A stretch of DNA of 64,000 nt, taken from positions 8,865 to 72,864 of the forward strand of contig CAVXNM010000031.1 of assembly GCA_963763115.1 (NCBI GenBank), in the 5' to 3' direction. Shown here piece by piece: positions 57,266-64,000 of the stretch. A model generated the notes under the pieces. The model was not told where the DNA came from and did no database searches. It was given only the letters and a program-made list of their open reading frames with translations. The stretch comes from an uncultured Gammaproteobacteria bacterium. GTDB taxonomy: Bacteria; Pseudomonadota; Gammaproteobacteria; UBA9214. The position numbers and the translations under genes were made by a program. Within the stretch, counting starts at the first letter, position 1, and every line of letters starts with the position of its first letter.

Positions 57266-57726
57266 TTTGTGCTCCTGCCGAGTGACAACCGGGCAGATTG
57301 TAGCAAATCACACCCAACGTGGCTGATATTCAGTACCACCACTGGTGAAGGACATTAACCGGGGGACCACGCAACCCTTGCGAGTCATCTCCTGCGGTCT
57401 GCACATGACTTGTTTGCAAGGGTGCGGCCGCACGGTATGACTCCTACGGGTAATGAGGAAACCAGGCACCGGGCAGAGGCGCTGAATCCCGTACCCGCCG
57501 GGTACAAACCATGCAAGAAGCCTAAGTCGAGAAAATGGCATTGGATGGAACCGGTCGTCACCCCGCTCCGGTGCTGCGTTCCAATCTATGGAGCCGTTCC
57601 CGTCCTTCAGCCAGGCTCCGACCCGATGCCATCTATCCCCTTAAGGATAGATGGTTAATTAAGCCATTGTTTGTAATATTTATCCAGTCGAACTTCCCCG
57701 GTTACCCGTGCAGTCGATGACAAATA

Positions 57727-57751
57727 ATTGTTGACTATATTACTCAACTAT
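57727..57751 (+). promoter_or_regulatory. IscR type-1-like box overlapping a sigma70 promoter
   Basis: ATTGTTGACTATATTACTCAACTAT matches ATASYYGACTRWWWYAGTCRRSTAT at 23/25; TTGACT (57731) - 18 bp - TATTAT (57755). Confidence 0.75.
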
Positions 57752-57875
57752 TACTATTATCTTGGGCAGGGAAAACTGGATCGCACATTTTTGTAATAGT
57801 GCCACGGTTGACTGCACGGAATACGGGCAGGGCAACCGCATAAGGCCCGACAGCACCGTATTCATCGAGGTTTTT

Positions 57876-58319
57876 ATGAAGTTAACGACTAAAGGCCGTC
57901 ACGCCATTACAGCAATGATGGAGTTGGCCCTGCATGAGAAAAAAGGGCCGGTAACACTGGCAGATATCTCCAGCCAGCAGTCCATTTCGATTTCCTATCT
58001 AGAGCAGTTGTTCGCAAAGCTGCGGCAGAATGGGCTGGTTAGCGGAATGCGTGGTCCCGGCGGAGGTTATTGTCTGGCCCGCCCGGCTAACGAGATCACC
58101 ATTGCACAGGTTCTCAATGCGGTCGATGACCTGGTGAAACACCAGGAGATCCCGCTAGCAGAAAGAGAGATTCCCGAGAGCATGCTGATGTGGAGGCGGT
58201 TAAGCAACCGGGTATTTGACTACCTGGACGGGATAACACTGGCCGAGACAGTGGAAATTCAGAAGGAATATTCCCAGTCTGCGCTGTTTCACTCGGACTT
58301 GCAGAAAAGCGCGGCCTGA
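57876..58319 (+). CDS. Rrf2-family IscR-like regulator lacking the Fe-S Cys ligands
   Basis: MKLTTKGRHA, SYLEQLFAKLR, RGPGGGY; the region that carries three Cys and a His in IscR reads DDLVKHQEIPLAEREIPESMLMW. Confidence 0.88.
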   Translation: MKLTTKGRHAITAMMELALHEKKGPVTLADISSQQSISISYLEQLFAKLRQNGLVSGMRGPGGGYCLARPANEITIAQVLNAVDDLVKHQEIPLAEREIPESMLMWRRLSNRVFDYLDGITLAETVEIQKEYSQSALFHSDLQKSAA

Positions 58320-58359
58320 CGGCTTGTTATTTGAACCTGGTTCGCCTGGAGAAACTGAA

Positions 58360-58761
58360 ATGGCTTACAGTGAAAAAGTACTCGATCACTACGAGAATCC
58401 GCGCAACGTCGGCTCTTTCGACAAGGATGACAGACAGGTCGGCACCGGTATGGTCGGCGCCCCGGCGTGTGGTGACGTGATGAAGCTGCAGATAAAGGTC
58501 AATGAACGCGGCATCATAGAGGATGCCCGGTTCAAAACCTATGGATGTGGATCCGCAATAGCCTCCAGTTCGCTGCTCACCGAATGGGTTAAGGGTAAAA
58601 CGCTTGACGAGGCGCGGGAAATAAAAAACACGGACATTGCCGAGGAACTGGCCCTGCCGCCGGTAAAGGTTCACTGTTCAGTACTGGCCGAAGATGCCAT
58701 CAAGGCCGCGATCGAGAACTACCATCTGAAGAACGTCGTGGATCAGACAGCTGAAGTCTGA
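58360..58761 (+). CDS. iscU: Fe-S scaffold protein
   Basis: MAYSEKVLDHYENPRNVG, APACGDVMKLQI, YGCGSAIASSS, LPPVKVHCSVLAEDAI. Confidence 0.98.
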   Translation: MAYSEKVLDHYENPRNVGSFDKDDRQVGTGMVGAPACGDVMKLQIKVNERGIIEDARFKTYGCGSAIASSSLLTEWVKGKTLDEAREIKNTDIAEELALPPVKVHCSVLAEDAIKAAIENYHLKNVVDQTAEV

Positions 58762-58782
58762 TTTTCGACAATCATTAGCGTT

Positions 58783-58818
58783 CGTGAAACGGGGTCATGT
58801 GACCCCGTTTCACGTTTT
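58783..58818 (+). terminator. Rho-independent terminator after iscU
   Basis: CGTGAAACGGGGTCA-tg-TGACCCCGTTTCACG then TTTT. Confidence 0.85.
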
Positions 58819-59004
58819 GACCTGTCGGCTGGCCACGCCGGATCATCGCAGTATTCCGGGTTTATCGTCATTCCCGCCTTGCAGGATTATGTCCTGTCCA
58901 GACCGGCTGGGACCGCAAGGCAACTGGCGGCGACAACCCGAACCGCAATCTGTCTGATACGGGTCCGAAGCGACCTGTAATCCTGCTGATATACTGCCGC
59001 TCTG

Positions 59005-59856
59005 ATGATAATCAAACCCCTGCAAGCAGCCGTTACCCGTCTCTATCCCCCACCCGCGACAGACTATCCACTTGAGGGACTCTATCTCGGGCAGGCACTG
59101 CCTCCCGGAGATGCTGCCGGAGAACCGTATGTCTACAGCAATTTCATCACTTCCCTCGATGGCAGGATCGCCATCGCCCTGGAAGGACGGTCCACACACC
59201 AAGTCCCCACTGCGATAACCAACCCCCGTGACTGGCGGCTTTACCAGGAACTCGCCGGACAAGCCGATATCCTGATAACCAGCGGACGCTATTTCAGACA
59301 ATGCGAGATCGAGGAGGCTCAGGACCGTCTGCCGGTGAGCAGCCACCCGGGCTACAGCGATATTCGGGAATGGCGCAGTCGTCACGGCCTGGCGGCACAA
59401 CCGGATGTTGCCATACTGAGTCGCAGCCTTGCTATTTCCCTGGAATCACTCAAACCGTATCAGAGCCGCCGTATCATCGTCTTCACCGGCCGACAGGCCG
59501 AGGCTGAGCGCATAGCCCGACTCAGGGAACAAGGCGTCGAGGTCATTACCTCCGGAGAGGACAGGACGGTCGACGGCGCCGAACTGATCGCAATGCTGGC
59601 TGGCATGGGATACGCCAGTATCTATGCCATTGCCGGACCCGAAGTTCTGCATACGCTGTTGAAGGCAAGGGTACTGAATCGTCTCTACCTGACAACGACC
59701 CACCAGTTGCTGGCAGGAGAACATTTCGACACCCTCACGCGCGGCGTCGGCTTTGATCCGGCACTGGACATGCAACTGGTAAGCCTCTATCTCGACCGCT
59801 ACGCACCCTCCGGGGCCAGCCAGTGGTTTTCCGTATTTGAAACACGGAGTGGCTGA
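59005..59856 (+). CDS. RibD C-terminal/DHFR-like reductase family protein
   Basis: YSNFITSLDGRIA, NPRDWRLYQEL, AGPEVLHTLL, LYLT. Confidence 0.82.
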   Translation: MIIKPLQAAVTRLYPPPATDYPLEGLYLGQALPPGDAAGEPYVYSNFITSLDGRIAIALEGRSTHQVPTAITNPRDWRLYQELAGQADILITSGRYFRQCEIEEAQDRLPVSSHPGYSDIREWRSRHGLAAQPDVAILSRSLAISLESLKPYQSRRIIVFTGRQAEAERIARLREQGVEVITSGEDRTVDGAELIAMLAGMGYASIYAIAGPEVLHTLLKARVLNRLYLTTTHQLLAGEHFDTLTRGVGFDPALDMQLVSLYLDRYAPSGASQWFSVFETRSG

Positions 59857-59857
59857 C

Positions 59858-60283
59858 TCACTCCTGGCCATCAAGATCCGTGACGAGAAGTTCTTTTATG
59901 CGGGTGACAGGCACCTCCTCGCCGCGATTGATGCCTTCGCAGCGTCGTGACTCCTGCTGCCAATTCCGCTGGCGGCTCACGATCTCGGGCCAGAATGGAT
60001 ATGTACGGCACTGCACGGGACGCACCGGGTAAATGCCGCACTCGCCCCTGGCATCGAGAAACACACAACGCCCGTCGCCTTGCCATGACGCCACCAGGTC
60101 ACCATCCGGCGAGCGACTCAGGTAACGGCGGCGGAACCAACTGCGAGACAGCTTGAGGTAGGCTCGAATTTCTTCGGCTTCATGCTCATTCAGAAAGACG
60201 TAATAACCACCCCCGGCCACGCAACAACGTCCGCAACGGGTGCAGTCAAACCTCAGCGGCTGTCTTTCGTAAAACGGTTGCAA
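59858..60283 (-). CDS. YkgJ-family CxxCxxCC Zn/Fe-chelating protein
   Basis: CTRCGRCC, CVFL, CGIYPVRPVQCRTYPFW, CEGI. Confidence 0.92.
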   Translation of the reverse strand: MQPFYERQPLRFDCTRCGRCCVAGGGYYVFLNEHEAEEIRAYLKLSRSWFRRRYLSRSPDGDLVASWQGDGRCVFLDARGECGIYPVRPVQCRTYPFWPEIVSRQRNWQQESRRCEGINRGEEVPVTRIKELLVTDLDGQE

Positions 60284-60369
60284 AACCTCACCTCCCTGGC
60301 AGCACGGCGGTGTTTATGCAGTATCATCATCGGGGTCGCGCCCCTCACGACCGCACACAGGAGAAGCCA

Positions 60370-60891
60370 TTGTCCCACAAGACCAGAACGGTTTTCGAGG
60401 GTCGGGTTGTCCGGCTTGGCATCGAATCCCTGACCCTCCCCAACGGAGAGCCCCTGGAACTGGAAATTGTCCGCCACCCCGGCGGTGCGGCGGTCATTGC
60501 ACTGGACGAGGATCGACGCGTCTGCCTGTTGCGCCAGTTCCGGCATGCAGCGGGCGGCTGGCTGTGGGAATTGCCCGCCGGCAAGCTCGAGAAAGGGGAA
60601 GATCCGCAAGCCACCGCCGCGCGCGAACTAGCGGAAGAGGCCGGACTGCGGGCAGGACACTGGCATCGACTCGGCACGGTGCTGACGACCCCCGGCTTCT
60701 GCGACGAATCGATTCATTTATACCTGGTCGAACAACTTTCTCCGGTCACCACACAACAGGAGCGGCATGAATTGATCGAGATACACTGGATCCCTTTCAC
60801 CAGGGCAATCGAACAGGTGCACGACGGCACTATCCATGACGCGAAGACTATGCTTGGATTGTTACTGGCAGAAAACCGTATTCGCTCCTGA
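60370..60891 (+). CDS. NUDIX hydrolase (ADP-ribose pyrophosphatase-like)
   Basis: IVRHPGGAAV, RQFR, ELPAGKLEKGEDPQATAARELAEEAG, TPGFCDE, DAKT; TTG start with AGGAG RBS. Confidence 0.93.
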   Translation: MSHKTRTVFEGRVVRLGIESLTLPNGEPLELEIVRHPGGAAVIALDEDRRVCLLRQFRHAAGGWLWELPAGKLEKGEDPQATAARELAEEAGLRAGHWHRLGTVLTTPGFCDESIHLYLVEQLSPVTTQQERHELIEIHWIPFTRAIEQVHDGTIHDAKTMLGLLLAENRIRS

Positions 60892-60984
60892 TATCGACCC
60901 ACCAGCACCACAACCAACCAGCAGCAGCGCCATACCGGCTGCCGCCATGAAATTGACGAAACGTGAGAAAAACCTGCGTTTCAC
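60862..60984 (-). CDS. 40-aa ORF with lipoprotein signal peptide, not in ORF track
   Basis: GAGGTG RBS, GTG start, MKRRFFSRFVNFMAAAGMALLLVG|CGAGGSISGANTVFCQ*. Confidence 0.45.
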   Translation of the reverse strand: MKRRFFSRFVNFMAAAGMALLLVGCGAGGSISGANTVFCQ

Positions 60985-61218
60985 TGTTATCACCTCGTGG
61001 TTAAGCAGAAGCTTATCCTTATGACGTCAAAAATATAACACTCCAAAGGTTGAATATTCGGTTGAGTCGCATTTAAGCGATGAAGCTCACAACAATATGC
61101 TGTAAATTCAACAGGATCATCGGATTCCAGCTACTCTGCCGCAGTTCCCGGATATATGCTATTGTCCGCAGCTACTATCCATCCCGGCCTGAAAACCCCC
61201 CGGCAAGATGAGATTCTC

Positions 61219-61767
61219 ATGATCTTCTGCAGCAACTGCGGCGCAAGGCTAATCGTGAAAGTTCCCGCAGGCGACGACCGTCTTCGCCACGTGTGCGAAG
61301 CCTGCGACACGATTCATTACCAGAATCCGAAAATCGTGGCCGGCTGCATTCCGGACTGGGAAGGACGCCTGCTGCTGTGCCGCCGCGCCATCGAACCCCG
61401 CTGCGGTCTGTGGACCCTGCCGGCAGGATTCATGGAAAACGGGGAAACGACCGAGCAGGCCGCCGCGCGCGAGACCTGGGAGGAAGCCCGCGCCCGCGTC
61501 GGCAAGATGAACCTCTACGGGGTTTTCAGCATCCCGCATATCAGCCAGGTCTACCTGATGTTCCGCGCCCGTCTCGAGGAGAAGAGCTTCGAGCCCGGTC
61601 CGGAGAGCCTCGAGGTCAGGCTGTTTGAAACACACGAAATACCCTGGAGCGAACTGGCATTCCCGGTTGTCAAGCTTACCCTCAGAAAATACTGTAACGA
61701 TCACAAGGAAAACCTCTTTCCGGTCCATGTGGAGGAGGTTATCCGCCATCCTCCCAGGTCCGATTGA
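61219..61767 (+). CDS. NUDIX hydrolase with N-terminal Zn ribbon
   Basis: FCSNCG, CEAC..IHYQNPKIVAG, LPAGFMENGET..QAAARETWEEA. Confidence 0.94.
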   Translation: MIFCSNCGARLIVKVPAGDDRLRHVCEACDTIHYQNPKIVAGCIPDWEGRLLLCRRAIEPRCGLWTLPAGFMENGETTEQAAARETWEEARARVGKMNLYGVFSIPHISQVYLMFRARLEEKSFEPGPESLEVRLFETHEIPWSELAFPVVKLTLRKYCNDHKENLFPVHVEEVIRHPPRSD

Positions 61768-61819
61768 ACCGGTTGCGAAATACCGGCCCTACAATTGCCA
61801 TTACCGGCGGAGCAGCCAT

Positions 61820-62392
61820 ATGCGTACCAGCGCCTTATTACTGATATCAAGCCTGATCCTCGTGAGTTTCCCGGCGGCATCCGTGACGATAGACGGCGTG
61901 GAGATTTCCGATACCCTCACAGTGGCAAACGGCACACCCGCACTGATACTGAACGGTGCTGGCATCAGGGAAAAGCTGTTCCTCGATATTTATATCGGCG
62001 CGCTTTACCTGCCGGCAAAATCCGGCGATGCGCTGGCGATTCTTTCCGGCAAGGGTCCGGCGTGCGTAGCGATGCATTTCCTCTACAAGCAAGTCAGTCG
62101 GGAAAAGATTAACGACGCATGGGAAGACGGCCTAGCCGCCAATCACAACGCGGTTGAAATGCAGGCACTTCAACCGCAACTCGAAAAATTCAAAACCCTC
62201 TTCCGCACCATGCACAAGGGTGAAGTAATCCGGATCTGTTACCTGCCGGGCACCGGGACTGAAGTGCGCATAAACGGTGAACGGCGCGGCGATGTAGAGG
62301 GCGAAACCTTCTTCCATGCCCTGCTCGCAATCTGGCTGGGCAATCACCCTGTCAGCAACGATCTAAAACAGGGCATGCTGGGTATCGACTGA
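61820..62392 (+). CDS. Chalcone-isomerase-like exported protein
   Basis: Signal peptide, LNGAGIREKLFLDIYIGALYL, ALLAIWLG..PV..DLKQGMLG. Confidence 0.9.
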   Translation: MRTSALLLISSLILVSFPAASVTIDGVEISDTLTVANGTPALILNGAGIREKLFLDIYIGALYLPAKSGDALAILSGKGPACVAMHFLYKQVSREKINDAWEDGLAANHNAVEMQALQPQLEKFKTLFRTMHKGEVIRICYLPGTGTEVRINGERRGDVEGETFFHALLAIWLGNHPVSNDLKQGMLGID

Positions 62393-62398
62393 CAGATC

Positions 62399-63355
62399 AT
62401 GCGCGGCGTATTCCTTGACCTTCGCACGGTCGACCGGAATGACCTCAATCTGACATCACTGCGTTCGGTCGTGACGCAATGGACATGCCACGACTGGACC
62501 GCACCATCCCAGGTCATCGATCGTGTTCAGGATGCCGACATCCTCGTCACCAACAAGATCAGACTGGACGGGACCGCGCTTGAGTCAGCGCACGCACTGA
62601 AGCTCGTGTGCATTGCCGCGACCGGTACAAACAATATTGATCTTGATGCATGCCGCAGCCGGAATATCACCGTCAGCAACGTCACCGGCTATGCCACCCC
62701 ATCGGTCGTAGAGCATGTCTATGCACAGATACTCAACCTCATGCGAAGGTTGAATGATTACCGCACGGCCATCGAGGAGGGCCGCTGGCAGAATGCCGAT
62801 GATTTCTGCCTGCTGGATTTCCCCATCCGGGAACTGAACGGGTTGACGCTCGGCATTGTCGGGCATGGCGAACTAGGGCATGCCGTCGCCGCGACGGGAA
62901 AGGTCTTCGGCATGACCGTCCTGATCGCCGAACGCGCCGGAGCCTCCCCGCGTCCCGGCCGGGTCAAGCTGGACGACCTGCTGGCCACATCCCATGTGGT
63001 CAGTCTGCATTGCCCGTTAACGGAGAAGACGCGCAATCTGATCGGAGAGAGGGAACTCGGGCTGATGCGCCGGGATGCCATCCTTGTCAACACAGCGCGC
63101 GGCGGCATCGTCGATGAGGCGGCGCTGCTCGAGGCGGTGCGCAACGGACGGATTGCCGGGGCTGCCGTCGATGTATTGAGCGAGGAACCGCCGCACCGCG
63201 GTAATCCCCTGCTGCAGATATCACTGCCGAACCTGCTGGTTACACCACATATCGCCTGGGCGAGCATCAATGCCCGGCAGCGGCTCATCGATGAGATTGC
63301 CGCCAATATCAGAGCCTGGCTGGACGGTACACCCCGCAATCTTGTGTGCCCCTGA
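62399..63355 (+). CDS. D-2-hydroxyacid dehydrogenase (glycerate dehydrogenase/HprA-like)
   Basis: ATGTNNID, GIVGHGELG, SLHCPLT, NTARGGIVDE, DVLSEEPP, TPHIAW. Confidence 0.94.
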   Translation: MRGVFLDLRTVDRNDLNLTSLRSVVTQWTCHDWTAPSQVIDRVQDADILVTNKIRLDGTALESAHALKLVCIAATGTNNIDLDACRSRNITVSNVTGYATPSVVEHVYAQILNLMRRLNDYRTAIEEGRWQNADDFCLLDFPIRELNGLTLGIVGHGELGHAVAATGKVFGMTVLIAERAGASPRPGRVKLDDLLATSHVVSLHCPLTEKTRNLIGERELGLMRRDAILVNTARGGIVDEAALLEAVRNGRIAGAAVDVLSEEPPHRGNPLLQISLPNLLVTPHIAWASINARQRLIDEIAANIRAWLDGTPRNLVCP

Positions 63356-63393
63356 GAACCCATTCCCGCGCGTGTCCCGGCATGACGAAACCA

Positions 63394-64000
63394 ATGTCCG
63401 ATATTAAGGCCAACCTGCAGGCCGTCCGGGAACGTATCTGCCAGGCAGCCGTATCGTCCGGAAGGAAACCGGATAAAATCCGCCTGATCGCGGTGTCAAA
63501 AACCGTCAGCAGTGCAGATATCATCCGCGCCATCCACGCCGGGCAGCATATCTTCGGTGAAGGCACCGTGCAGGACGCCATGACCAAGCTGACACTCATG
63601 GGAGACCCGGCAAACGAATGGCACTTCATCGGTCATCTGCAAACCAACAAGGTTAAGCATATCCCGGGTAACTTTTCATGGCTGCATACGCTGGACAGCC
63701 TGAAACTCGCCCGCAAGCTCTCCACTCAAGCCGAGACCAGGGGTGTCGTGGTGAACGTGCTGTTACAGATCAATATTGCAGATGACCCGGACAAGTTCGG
63801 CATGCAACCGGACAGTGTCTTCACCTTCGTGGATGAGTTGTTGCAAGCCGGCCTTAACGGCATCAGGCCGCGCGGCCTGATGACCATCGGACGGCGCGAG
63901 GGCTCCGTAGCCGACTGTCACCGGGCATTCTCAAAGCTGCGGGAACTGCGCGATGCCTGCGCCATGCGTTTTGGGGATGACATATTCCGTGAGCTGTCCA
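63394..64000 (+). CDS. yggS: YggS/PLPBP pyridoxal-phosphate homeostasis protein, 3'-truncated
   Basis: MSDIKANL...LIAVSKT, FGE, WHFIGHLQTNK, LDSLKLA, GLMTIG; no stop before window end. Confidence 0.93.
   Translation, partial: MSDIKANLQAVRERICQAAVSSGRKPDKIRLIAVSKTVSSADIIRAIHAGQHIFGEGTVQDAMTKLTLMGDPANEWHFIGHLQTNKVKHIPGNFSWLHTLDSLKLARKLSTQAETRGVVVNVLLQINIADDPDKFGMQPDSVFTFVDELLQAGLNGIRPRGLMTIGRREGSVADCHRAFSKLRELRDACAMRFGDDIFRELS

Overview
GC-rich window, most likely a Gammaproteobacterium of the sediment/sulfur-oxidiser type (inferred from rsd, a DsrC-like gene and the iscR/iscU style; not proven). It is mostly chromosomal housekeeping and accessory genes, with no rRNA, tRNA or CRISPR array that I can support. 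Left part: csp, an M48-like protein lacking its catalytic motif, a decayed AsmA gene, a BASS transporter, a transglutaminase/DUF2126 pair, mpg, a DeCLIC-like pentameric channel, an RND pump, a SEX4/LSF2-like phosphatase fused to DUF2934 and a bufferin-type MNIO RiPP cluster. Middle: a 15 kb co-oriented DNA-end-processing block (yhaO-yhaN-recC-recB-recD-WYL-small membrane ORF), with a complete IS1595 at one end and a MITE at the other. Right part: ygiQ, AraC, USP, TIGR03790, a GAF-PP2C-kinase/STAS partner-switch module leading into mlaEDAC with a convergent mlaF, mazG, a ycbK remnant, rsd, a Cys-less IscR paralog with iscU, and small enzyme genes ending in a truncated yggS. Four +1 frameshifts (acrB, recB twice, yhaN) look like sequencing errors. 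The best novelty candidates are the glucan-phosphatase-like DSP, the RecBCD/YhaON/WYL/small-protein block, the partner-switch/Mla locus and the Cys-less IscR under a type-1 IscR box. All family calls are from motif recognition by eye; no searches were run.
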